Below the pieces are notes generated by a model. It had not been told where the DNA came from. It did not search any database and saw only the letters and a program-made list of their open reading frames with translations. The position numbers and the translations under genes were made by a program. Of a stretch of 64,000 nt of DNA, positions 1-11,951 are shown piece by piece. The stretch is from Neovahlkampfia damariscottae (lineage: Eukaryota). The stretch lies in NCBI GenBank assembly GCA_016618085.1, contig JABLTG010000010.1, positions 124,001-188,000 of the forward strand, written 5' to 3'. Within the stretch, counting starts at the first letter, position 1, and every line of letters begins with the position of its first letter.

Positions 1-620
1 GAACTATACGAAATGACATATAATTCACCTGGTGATCCAGTTTTAGCTAAAACTGTTCAAACTTTGTTACAAAATAACGGTGTTAAAGCTGAATTAGATA
101 AATACAGAGGATATGACCATGGTGCATGGACAATTTTAAAATCAATTTATCCAAAAGCCGATATTCCTGTTGTACAAGTGTCTTTAAGCAGTAAAGACGA
201 TGAAACAAATTTTAAGATTGGACAAGCTATCAAAAACTTAAAAAAAGAAGGAATTTTGATTGTTTGTTCAGGGGGTATTATTCATAACCTTGGAATGACA
301 TTTCAATATTTCCGTGTAAGAGATCCAAAACCTGAACCTTGGGCTATCAAATTTCAAAACACCATCAAAGATATTGTTCAAAAACCATACAAACAGATGG
401 TTGAGGATATCATGAATTGCAGAAAAATTGTGGATTATAAATTAGCTGTTCCTTCAAATGAACATTTCTTGGTAAGTTTATGAACATTTTTTTTAAGTAT
501 TTTTGTAAGCCTGTAATTGTTGCAATGGGATCAATTATTGATGAAGAATCAAAAGGAAAAGTTCTATTTGATGATATGGAATACGGAATTTTGAGTATGG
601 AAGTATTTCTTTTTGAATAA
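1..620 (+). CDS. LigB/DODA-type extradiol ring-cleavage dioxygenase (5' end outside window)
   Basis: Motifs YNSPGDP, RGYDHGAW, PVVQVSL, SGGIIHNL, EHFL. Intron ~472-509 joins to PVIVAMG...EVFLFE, TAA at 618-620. Confidence 0.85.
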
Positions 621-756
621 GAAGTGTGTTCAATAAATATTAAAAAAATGTGTGTTCAATTTCTTTCTTGTCTAGCTAATTACCCAATCGGATTTTTTCA
701 TTCAATTGGCAATTTGTCTTCTCAAAGAAAGAAGTCAAAATGATTTCACATAAAAT

Positions 757-2971
757 TTATTTTAATACCATTTTTTTCAATTCTTCAATTTGGAATTTCA
801 TGCTTTCTAATTCAAATTTTGTCATTTTCAATTCTTTTTTCGTTTCTTTCAATTCATTTTCTAACATCACTACTCTTGAACTTTCATCTTTTTTCATATC
901 AGAAAACATTTGACAAATAGTAATAGAATTGAAATATTTTTGAGCTGCATTTAATAAATTTCCTTCAATGGAATAATTTCGACAAAATTGAATAATTTTT
1001 CCAGCATTTTCTTGATTCACATTTTTGACTAAACAATGAACAACTTGATTTTTCAAATAATTGAATAAAATTTGATCAGAAAATTCATAGACGTTCATTA
1101 AATCTTCCAAGGCTTCATTTTGTAAATTGGCTTTTTTTGAATAAATGAAATTCAAAATGATTTTTAAATATCTCAAACTTGAATAATTTCCTTCCATTTT
1201 TATGATTTTTTTCGAGTTTTTGTTGAACTTGAATAACGAATCAAAATAGGAGATGGTTGACAAATAACCACAATGTGCTGAAATCTCTTCATTGGTTTTT
1301 GGATCGATGAATGTAACATCGGTTAATTCTTGTCTATCAAATAAATGAAACATATGAAGGCGTAATTCTCTGCGGCATGCATTTTTGGACCATGGTTTAG
1401 ATTGAATAAATTTTGGAATTGATCTTTTCATTTTCATTTTACAATCATAATCTTCAATATAATCCATTAAACTCAATTGATTCTCTTTGAAAAAAAAATT
1501 AACACATAATTCCCATAATTGGTCTTTTTCCAGTTTTTAAAAGAACAATTGAAACTTACCGAAATTTGAACGAAATGCTGATTCTGTCAAAAAATAAATG
1601 GTTTGAAAATCAATTTGGAAATTTGAATAACAAAAATCTTCGAGATTTTTAATTTTAAATTTAATAGAAATTTCCAACAATTTCACCAAGATGGAATTGT
1701 CAAATTTTTTGATGTCAAAAAAATATAAAAATTCAACGAATTTTTCAATCAAATCAGAACTATAATTCAAAATTTTGACATTTTTTAACAAAGGATTTTT
1801 GGAAAGCAAATAATCATGAACACCAAATTTTTGACCTTCTTTTGAATAAATACATTCATTGAAATAATTGAAATTTAAACAAGTTCCAATATTTGAATAA
1901 TCTGAAACATCCCAAATTTTGATTGTTTTGTCTTCTGAACACGATGCTAAATATTCATTTTCTAAAAGTGTTAAATCATAGATATCTCCTTTATGAACAG
2001 ATAATGTTTCCAAACATTTTTCTTTTTCAATATCCCAAATTTTAATTAATTTATCATCTGATGCTGAAACTAAACTTCCATCACCCAATAAGATCAAACT
2101 TCGGATTTTTCCACTATGTCCTTTGAGTGTTCGAAGACATTCACCAGTTTCAATATTCCAGACTTTTATTGTTTTATCGAAACTACCTGTTGCTATGGTT
2201 GTCTTATTTACGAAAATTAAACAGTAAATCAAGCTGATATGTCCTTTTAAAGTTTGAATACATTTTCCGCTGTCTGTGTTCCAAATTTTGATTGTTTGGT
2301 CAATGTTAATACTTGATATTAAATTTTCATTAAAGTTAAATAAATGATTTGAATTTGTTGAAATTACTTGAATAGCTTCACCTTTAATTGGATTCCAAAT
2401 TCTGTGAAAAATTAAACAAAAATTGAAGGCAACCTTATCGTTGAATCCCAACTACAACTGACAATATTTCCATTTTCAAGAACAATTAGACTAATGACCC
2501 AACCTTTTGTTGAAAAAATTAAATAATAAAGAAAAAAAACTTGTGTGTCCAATTAACGTCATTAATGAACTTCCAGAGCAAGAATCCCAAATTTTTATCG
2601 TTTTATCATCACTTCCACTCACTATTAATTCTTTATCGATGACCGCTAAACAATTAACATTTCCGTAGTGCCCTTGAAAAACTTGAACAGCTTCTTTTTT
2701 ATGAATATCCCATAATCTCACAGTACAATCTTTACTTGCACTTGCCACATGTGAGCTGGAAACTAAAACCAACGAAGTAATGGAATCCTTTTTGAAAGGT
2801 TTTAATTTTTTTTTTTTTTCTTACTGAATGTCCTGATAATATTGATGTACATTTCTTGTCGAAAACATTCCAAATCTTTATATGATTATCACTTCCATAA
2901 CCCGCTAAAGAGCCATCTGGAAGAGAAAGTAGTCTCTTGGTACTTTCAGAAAAACTGTCATGTTCAATCAT
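757..2971 (-). CDS. WD40-repeat protein with C-terminal BTB/POZ-like domains and coiled coil
   Basis: Four ORFs joined by short GT-AG introns. Many GH...WD repeats (SGSDDKTIKIWD); BTB-like segments (DVTFI...AHCGYLSTISYFDSLF). Start codon uncertain. Confidence 0.75.
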
Positions 2972-3118
2972 GGTTTTGGAATTGAATGAAGTTGATACGT
3001 CCAAATTTGTTGGAATTTAAAACAAAATGAGTCTCAATAAAAACAAAAAATGCATCAAATGGTATTCTTCCTTTTTGAAAAAAAAATTGAACTCAACAAT
3101 AGATAAAAATCAAAAATA

Positions 3119-3203
3119 TAGCAGCGACGGGGTTCGAACCCGCGCCCACATACTGTGGAAACGATCTTAAGTCGTACGCCTTGGACCGCTCGGCCACACT
3201 GCT
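3119..3203 (-). tRNA. tRNA-Leu(TAA)
   Basis: Cloverleaf: AGCAGTG/CGCTGCT acceptor stem, TGGCCGAGCGG A-box, CTTAAGA anticodon loop, long variable arm CCACA/TGTGG, GGTTCGAACCC B-box, downstream T-run. Confidence 0.95.
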
Positions 3204-3297
3204 TTGATACCCATTTCTGATATTTAGAATATTTCAACAAAAAATTTCGAAGTTAGGTGTATACCAAAAAAACAATTTCCACCAATGGAACAGCATC

Positions 3298-4299
3298 ATG
3301 AGTTTTTCTTCACAAATTTACAACGTCAACATTTTAGATGATATTGATGACTTCAAAAAGAAAAACAGAACAAAAATACCATTTATTGTTCCAAATGAAT
3401 TATTTCTGGAAATTTTCAAATTTATTCCTTCAACAGAAATAGAAACACTTTTGAGAATCACTTAAATCAATACTGAAACAAGAATTTTTTTGTCTCAAGA
3501 TGATATTTGGAAACCAATTTTATTTGACTCTTTTCCAACTTCAAAATGTTGTATCACCAAATTCTTTAGAGTTGTTTTCTTTCAAGCAGCTTTTCAGACA
3601 TTGAAACAACCCAAAAATTTGAAACTCAAAGAGATGAAATTGGTTGCTATGGGAGGTTGTGATTCTGGTAAATCCACTTTGGTGATTAAATACACCATGA
3701 ATCAACTTATTGATGAATATGTAATGTTTCAAAAAATTGACATTTTTAGGAACCCACAGTTGAAGACTCACACAGAAAGCAAGTCGAAGTTGATGGAAAT
3801 CAATATATTTTGGATATTTTAGACACTACTGGTCTTGAAGAATGTTCAGATATTCGTGAAGTAATTTCTTGGTCAATTAAATTCTCCATGGATGTATATA
3901 AATAGAATGGATTTTTCCTTGATGTGTTTCAGTTTATCTTCACAAATTTCTTTTAAAACTGCGATTGGATATATTGAGTATATTAAAATTTGTCTTCAAA
4001 TTGAAGATGGAATAATACCTACAATACTAGTTGGAACAAAGTCAGACTTGATTGACGATATCATTGTGAAAGATAGTGAAATTACAGAAGTTACTAAAAA
4101 ATACAGAATTCCTTACATTTCAACAAGTAGTGTGGACGATATCAATGTCAAAGAATGTTTTGAACTGGTAATTAATACTTGGAATCAATCCACGTTTATG
4201 GATATCGTAACTGAAGATTTTATTAAAAGATTGGAAAATGGGGAATTTAGAATATCATCAAAAAAACAAAATCAAAACAAAAATTGTCAGATGATGTAA
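3298..4299 (+). pseudogene. F-box + Ras-family GTPase fusion, probably pseudogenised
   Basis: F-box-like VPNELFLEIFKFIP...DDIWK; Ras motifs GGCDSGKS, YEPTVED (after intron 3721-3749), DTTG, TKSD; CAAX CQMM. In-frame TAA at 3463-3465. The second intron (3861-3891) ends in GG rather than AG. Confidence 0.7.
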
Positions 4300-4455
4300 A
4301 ATGAAAAAAATAAACCATATTCATTAGTCAATTGTTTTAGAGGTCCTATCCTAGTCGGTGGAAAATTGATTTTCTCAATTTTTTTCATGGAACAAATCAC
4401 AATCCAAAAATATTAAAATGACGAATTTATCAGAAATTCAAATGGTATTAAATGT

Positions 4456-7274
4456 TTATTGTGAATAATATGAATCAATTAATAATGGAAATACATTATT
4501 TGCAAAAGTAACGACAATTGTTACAAGTGTTGCTTTCCCAAGGATTGATCCAAATGTTAATTCAATAACACCAGCAAGTTTAAAAGAAAACAATTTTGTT
4601 TTTGTGAAACTTTCAAACCTTCTCAATTGTTCAATTGTTTTTGTTTGTTGTGTCAAATTTTCATGAAGTTCAATTTGGTCTCTCATTTTTTCAATAGATT
4701 GTTGAATTGTTGTTGAATATTTAAAAGAAAAAATAAATGTGATAAAAGCATAACTCATCATTAAGAAAACAGAAATACCTCCAAATGCAGCGATATACAC
4801 TAAAATTTTAAGTTTAATAGAAATAATTACAATATCGTCCAATTGGATCAAATGCAAATCGAGTGGAAAAACCAAACAATTGAAATATAACTCCAAGTGC
4901 AGCAGATCCCAAACATACAAAACATGTTGGTGTTAAAAAAATATTTGCTAAATTTTGTTGATAAATCAGTAAATGTTGAAATTTGAATAACTTTGCTGTA
5001 TGTGAAATAAAATGAAATTTATGAGTCATAATATCTTTATCCATTTGAGCAAAGAAAGCTGAAATAATTTGAAATAAATGAATTTGATGCAATGTTGTAA
5101 TGAGAACTGAATAGAATGATCCAACTGTGATCAAATTCCAATATAAAACAGATGATAGTTTTCTTGCAACAACTGAAGCAGGAATATTACTTAAACCTTT
5201 ACCATAATTATCAGAGAGATTGAAAATAGTAGTTCCAATGATAATACAAGTGACAATGAGAAAAGTAAGTCCAACAATTAAAAAATTTTGAAATACTGTT
5301 CGTTTCTTCAAAATAATTCCAGTAGTAAAAGTGCAAAAGATAATCAAAAAGCAATAACAAATCGATGGTGTAATTGGAACCAAATTATATTCAATTGTTG
5401 ACGCAATCACTTCAATTGTTGCCATACCATCATAGGTAAACTTTGGTGAAGTTGAATTGATTAAAATAAAGATGATAGAAGCAACAACAAGTAAAGCAAA
5501 AATCAACACATTATGAAAGAGTCTCCATAATTTTGGAACTGATTTTGGATAAGCTATACCAATCTAAACAATAATGTTAATAAAAAAATGGATACAGTTG
5601 AAAAAAGCCATCCCAATGTATTTGATAAGAATCCTGTGTCATAATATGCATCTTGTTCTTGTTGTCTCAATCTAAAACTATCAAATGATGATTTCAAATA
5701 TGATTTTTTCTTTGTAATTGCAACATCATTATTATTTGTTTCTTCTGTTGATTCTTGTTCTTCTTCTGGCATATAATCATCATTGTCTTCAATTTCATTA
5801 TTCAATTTTTCAACCATTTCACGTTGTTTTATTTCTTTCTGCATCTGTAATTCTTCATCTAATTCTTCTTCCTCTTCAATGAATAATGATTGTATCTTTG
5901 ATTCAGTTTCTTTGGAAGGTTCTTTAGTTTGTTCTTTAACTTCTTCTGTTGGACTATTATTTTCTTCTGGAGTTGTTTCCAAAACTTCTTCCGATTTTAC
6001 ATGTTTCACATCAACTTCAACTTCCACATTTTCTTTTGTACTATGTTCTTTCATTTCATTTACTTTTTCTGTATCATCCTCATCTTTACTTCCTTTTTCA
6101 TAAGCAGCCTTTCCAAAACCAATAAATCTGAAAAATAATATAAACAATCCAAGAAGTAATCCATCAAGAATAATCAAACCAACGATAGATATTGAAATAG
6201 ATTGTAAAGTCAATAATATTACATCATTTGTTGTTCTTGAAAAGTGCATTGGTGGAAGCTCAAAGAATGTATCTTGATAATTATCATTTTCCCAATTACT
6301 AGAGTATAATAACTTACATTTCCAATCTGTGCATTTATTTGAAATAAAAGCTGAATCTGAAAATTGAAAAACTGAATAATCATCACCATATAATACACTT
6401 CCTTGAGCCGAAACATTGTTGTTTTCAAAATATGAATTTTCAACAAATAATGAAGTTAAACCATATGAAGGAGATGATAAATAAAAACAACCACCAAATT
6501 TTGCGATGTTGTTTCTGAAAATAGAATTTGTAACTTTGATATTTTTCGCTTTTTCAATGTAGATTGTTCCTCTTCCGGTGACCAATGAATCATCTGCATT
6601 GAAGAATGGTGTATTTGATGCCATAAAGGTGTTATTAAATCTAAACACAGATAATTTGTTTCTATGAAATGATCTTTGAAGTGTAGTATCTTGTCTAATT
6701 GCAATATTATTTTGAACTGTCAATTTATCCAAAATAATGTCATCAGAAAAAATAATTGCCATTGCACTTCCAAGTTTGGCTTCATTAGATTCAAGTACCA
6801 TATCACTGAGTGTTATATTAGAGCTGGATTTAACTTTTATCTGTAAATAAAATAAATCAAAAAAAAAAAAATCCGAACCAAACTACCAAAGCTTGTCATT
6901 CTAACAATACCATGTGAAGTGAATCCTGATATTGTGATATATTTTGAATGTTCTACATTGAAAATATTTCTTTCGTCAATGGTTTGTGAAGAACTAAGTT
7001 TATAGAGAGTTGTTTTTGATGCTCCAGAAATACTGGTTATTTTGACGTTTGTCATGTTTTTTATCATAACCTCTGTATCAATATAAGTTCCTTCTTCAAC
7101 CAAAATATTTAAGTCTGAATTCGAAAATTGTACAGCTTTGGTGAAAGTCTTGTATGCCTGAATGAGACTTGTTCCAGTATTTGAATCACTTCCTTTAGTT
7201 GATACGTACAAATCAACGCTGTGACATTTAAAAATAAAAAAGATTAAAAAGAGACTGATCACTGCGTTTCTCAT
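4456..7274 (-). CDS. Signal peptide + right-handed beta-helix ectodomain + TM + acidic linker + 7TM domain resembling gustatory-receptor-like/7TMIC channels
   Basis: Four ORFs joined in frame by introns at ~6841-6878, ~5564-5595 and 4800-4830. N-terminal LYVSTKGSDSNTG motif, FxNN repeats, eight hydrophobic segments. Confidence 0.75.
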
Positions 7275-7829
7275 GTTTATATCTTTTCTTCTAAATGGTT
7301 CGTCCAATAGAAATGAGACGAAAAATAAAAATAAATTTTTTCATTTTACAGCATTTTTTAGAATTTTAAATTTCTTGTACAAAAAGAAAGGGGAATAGAG
7401 TATCTAAGAATTTTTGATTTGATAAAGAAAAGAAGGAAGACACTTTGAAACCTTTCACTATGCTTTTCAGAAAAAGATGATTTAAATTTGAAAAAAATTT
7501 TGAAAAACAATTATGGGTATAAATTTTCCGGAATTGAACCAAAGAAATCCTTTATTCAGTGATTTTTGAATTTCACCAAATTTTTCTCATTTCATTTGCT
7601 CAATTTCTAAATCTTTTTGTTTTATTTTCATTGTTAACTCATTGTTTTTCCATGCAAAAGTGCAACTCACCAATGAAATGAGAAAAAAAAAAACTTTAAT
7701 TGCATCTAATCAGATATTGAGTTGAAGCGAAGTACACTTCCACAATTTCATGTCTTGAACACAATTTTTGAAGACTTTTTTGAAATCTAATGAAAACTTC
7801 CGATTCCTCTTCATCATCATAAAAACTAT

Positions 7830-8926
7830 CTAAATCAGGAGCTGATCTATAGTTCCATTTTCCCATTTGAGAAACCATTGATCATTAGGACCCAAAGAAG
7901 CAAATTTCAATTTTGAAAGTTTTGGATTTCTTGAATATATCTTATTTTTCAACTTGTTCGGAATACAACAAGATGAAATAGTTCCACATTTGCATTTTAT
8001 CAAATAGGAATCCATATCTTTACCAACAGTCACAAAATCGACACTTCCATAGTTTTGAATTGTATTTCCGAAATTATCACCACAATTTCCTGACCATCTT
8101 GCATATCCATCCGCAAATTCAACATAAAATCTATCACCTGATCCAAGAGCCACATACACTGGCAATGGTAATGATTTTTGTCTTCCAATCAGAATATTAT
8201 GAAGTTTCTTTGGTATTCCTATGCCCCAATAACCACTTCTTGTGATACCTATAAACCCATCATCACCTAAAGCACAGGAAAAGGTGCTATTACCTAAATT
8301 ATCACCAACAAAATTTGAATTCCGAATCCAAAAAGTGTATAAATTCGGACCTTTATATTTCAATTCTTCCAAGCGAAGTCGTTCCAATTCTTGAAGTCTT
8401 TGTTGTTCTAAAATTCTTTGACGTTTTTTTTCAATTGCTTTTTGTCTTTCTTCTTCCAGTTTTCTGAGTCTTTGTTGTTCTAAAAGTAACTCACGTAATC
8501 TTTGTTGTTCCAAAAGTCTTTCTTTTGCTTCTATTTCAATTCTACATTTTGTTTTGTGTTGTTCTAATTCACATAATGGTACAATTGTATTACATCCTTT
8601 TGTCTTGTTTGAACAAAACACTTTTTTAATTCTGAAATGCATTCGTCAGCCAGTGAGCAAGGTTTTAAAAGATTTATGTTAATGCTACCTCTAAAAATAG
8701 GACAATTTGAGTTCTGAATCAGCCATTGATTTATACAAGAGAAACAAAAGCGATGATGAGTGGTGTTACAAGGATGTTCATTGCATTTTTTATATGGTTC
8801 TTGGCAAATGGAACAGATGAATAGTGGATTAATATATTCTTCATTCACAAATTCTATAGATGTAGTTTGTGTAGAAGGTGAGTCCTTTAGGACTATTGTC
8901 ACACTTTAGACGTATTCTGTGTACAT
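7830..8926 (-). pseudogene. RING + TRAF-type zinc finger + coiled coil + repeated beta-rich domain; frameshifted
   Basis: CSICQE...HRFCFSC...CPIF (last RING Cys reads Phe); CSNKTKGC...HKTKC; frameshift in the A-run at ~8622-8627. ATG 8926 assumes a 27-nt first intron. Confidence 0.6.
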
Positions 8927-9287
8927 TTCGGTTGAAATAATCAATAAAACATCAGTATTCAAACAGAATTGAAAAAAAATCGAAATAGTGTAGTTTTCCG
9001 GAGAGTAAATAAACAATAACAAAAGATACTAATTTGACAAATATATTTATTTCTTTATGTCACAAAGTTTTCAGACAAACAACTGACATACTTTCAAGCT
9101 CCAAATCAAGCCGAGTTAATCCACCAACAATTCTTCAACTCGCTTAAATCTCTTGAGTAATTGCTTATCTTGAACCTATAAACTAAAAACATCAAATTAG
9201 TCCAAAAAAACAATGATGTCTACAGTACAGAATTGACCAATTGTAACTATTTTTTGAACCCAATTTTTCTGTTATCCATCTTGTTTG

Positions 9288-9946
9288 ATGAATGTAAAGA
9301 AGCTGTATGGTGTACCTCAAGCTACAGTATTACTTCCGCATCTAATTCTTGGCTCAAAATATGATTTACTTGAAGAAGGTTTCATAGAAAAACATAACAT
9401 CAAATATATTTTGTGTGTTGCAAACGAATGTAAACATGACAACATAAAAATACCTAAAAGTATAGAACAAATACACATTAAAATTGATGACACAAAAAGA
9501 GAATTAGAAACAGAAAATATGATCAATTTCCAAAAATGTGTGGATTTCATTGAAAAAACTCGACCAAAAGAGTCAAAAAAAGGCGAAATACTGGTATCTG
9601 AAACGTGCTTTGTTCATTGTATGAGAGGAAGAAGTCGCTCATCTTCTGTTGTCATGGCTTATTTGATGAAAAATTACAATTTAACTTTGAAAGAAGCTTA
9701 TTTGTTTGTAAAAGAAAGAAGACCATTTGTAGGTAGGTTTTTTGAATCAATTGAATAAAAATAGGACCTCATGAAGATTTAAGACCTTTGATGATTTCAC
9801 TTGAAAAAATTTGGTTTGAAAAAAATACTCTTTCAGAAAATGAGTGGAATGATTTCCATGATTCATTTGCGAGGAAAAAAACAAAAATAGAACAAAAAAA
9901 GGAAGCATTGATTATCAAAGATGAAAAAGATTCCATCAATAAATAA
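9288..9946 (+). CDS. Dual-specificity protein phosphatase
   Basis: VHCMRGRSRS (HCX5R) catalytic loop and AYLM motif. One intron at ~9734-9765; TAA at 9944-9946. Confidence 0.9.
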
Positions 9947-10200
9947 TTTCCAAAAATATCATTTGACAGCAGCACTTATTGTCTTCATGAGGGGCCGATC
10001 GCTATTATGTGTGTAAATCTGAAAACTGAGCTAATAATCATCTAACCTAAAAAAGTTGGTTTCTCAGATCTAAAGAAGAAAATTTCCAACAAAAATATCA
10101 TTATGGTTTTTTTTATCAATTTTTTTTTAATTTTTCCCCACTCCAATCAACACCTTTGGATTTTTTGAAAAAAAAGTGGACGATGTACTAGAGTAATAAA

Positions 10201-11862
10201 CTAAGTACAATTGAACAGACTTTTTATTGGGCGAACTACAATGGTTCTGATTGGTTTAAATAAACAAGTATTAAGTTTAACTAGTTTCAATCCACCATGT
10301 TTGGTATGAATAACTTTGTTTAACCATTTGGCTTGGTGGGATTTCTTAAATTTTAAAGTTTCAATATTGACTTTTGTTGTAGATCCATCTTCTCTAGCTA
10401 TTATTACTCCTCTATCAGTCATTTTTGATAGTTTCTTTGGTTTCCATCCATTTGGTTATGAGTTCTTCAAAATTAACTGGAGTTCCTTCTAATGTGATTT
10501 CTCTTACGTCAGCGTATTGAAAATTGTTGTAATAATTCTATTGTCCAATTATTTGAGCGATTACAGGTAACAATTTGATGAAACTATTTTGAGTGAAGGA
10601 AGTATCGTTCATCTCTACAAGCAGTTTTCTGGTTAAATCTTTTGTGCTTTGAACTTAACGTTCTACAAGTTTAAAAGGTTGATATTGCATAGTAGAGTGA
10701 TGTTTAATTGAATATTGTTCATTTAAATATTGTAGTGTATCATTGATAAACTCTTTACCCAAATCAAATCCAATAGAATGAGGATATCCATGTTCTTGAA
10801 ATATGTTTATCAAAGCAATAGCAACAGATTTTGCAGACTTATCAGGAATGTGTTGAAGGAATACATATCGACTGAAAACATTTAAAATCACTAATGGTTC
10901 AACTCGAGTTTGGTTCGATCTGTGAAGTCTAAGTCTGGACCCAGACCAAAATATTGTTGTCCAATCAACGAAAAAGTTTATTTATTCACACATTTCTGGA
11001 AAATTACCATCAAAACAGCAGCACAATGCTTGCAATTATAACTGTGATCTCTGCTATCTGGACATGTACACGAACAAGCAACTTTAAATTCTTTTTGATT
11101 CTACTGAAATTTCAATGTCTTGTTCATAATATGTTGCTTTATTTTCTTGAAATGAAACTTCTGAATGGATTTGAACATTGTTATCTATTAACTTTATTTT
11201 TCATTTGACTTCCATTTGCTAATCGAGTTCCTGAAAATGAATCATGTTTTTTATCTTTTAATTCAACAGGCACATTAACAAGCTTCTTTGTTTGTTCGAA
11301 ATTCAACTTTTTTTCTGATCAAGTCATAAAATTTTGGTCCGATTTCTTTTGTGACAATCCTAATATTTTTTGGTTAAATTAGAAATTTCTTCTAATACAT
11401 CTTGATATCCTTCCCCCTCGTTTAAACTTTGGGCTACTTTGTTGTTAGTAGGCCTGACAGTTAAATGTCCAATTTTCCGACGTTGAATTTTTTGGAACTG
11501 ATCTAATTTTGGAAAATTTTTGACTAATAAATTTACATGAGGATTGACCAGGGAGTTGTATTCAAAGTAAAAGTCAGAGAGAGAAAGTATATCCGGAAAA
11601 TGATTTTCAACGCCAGGCAAATGGACTATGTCCATTTTTCCTATAAATTCTGCAATGATATCATAAAATGTGTTGACAATAGCTCTTGATCAGAAGATTT
11701 ACGAAGTAGCTGAATGATTGCTCGATGATCTGTGAACAGGGTGAATTTCTTGTACAATAGAACATTTCTCAATTTCACTAAATCAAAACAAACACTTGTT
11801 AGTTCCATTTTTGTCGCTGAATGTGATCTTTCATGAGGTCGTAACCAATGTGATCCAAACAA
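10201..11862 (-). mobile_element. Degenerate Ty3/Gypsy-type LTR retrotransposon pol remnant (RNase H then integrase)
   Basis: Fragments: ATKMEL...FTLFTDHRA (RNase H), DIVHLPGVENHFPDILS, VFSRYVF...GYPHSIGFDLGKEF...VER (rve). Many stops and frameshifts; no LTRs identified. Confidence 0.8.
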
Positions 11863-11951
11863 TATGTTCCTTTCTGATATCTCAGTTCTGCAGCTTGTGT
11901 CTTAATTTTTGAAGTTCAAATCCCAACAAGAAAATCAAAAAAAATAAATTT

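Noticed and set aside
3055..3240. 61-aa ORF over the first tRNA
   Set aside because: Chance translation of the tRNA gene.
3463..3465. In-frame TAA as evidence of stop-codon reassignment
   Set aside because: Most conserved genes here terminate at TAA and have no internal stops; this gene has a second lesion.
5783..6138. Ser/Phe-rich antisense ORFs (representative of many in the track)
   Set aside because: Mirror frames of Glu/Lys-rich coding sequence on the opposite strand.
10896..10950. Two GGTTC B-box-like words suggesting a SINE or tRNA
   Set aside because: No A-box or cloverleaf; on the minus strand it reads as the degenerate start of the integrase core.
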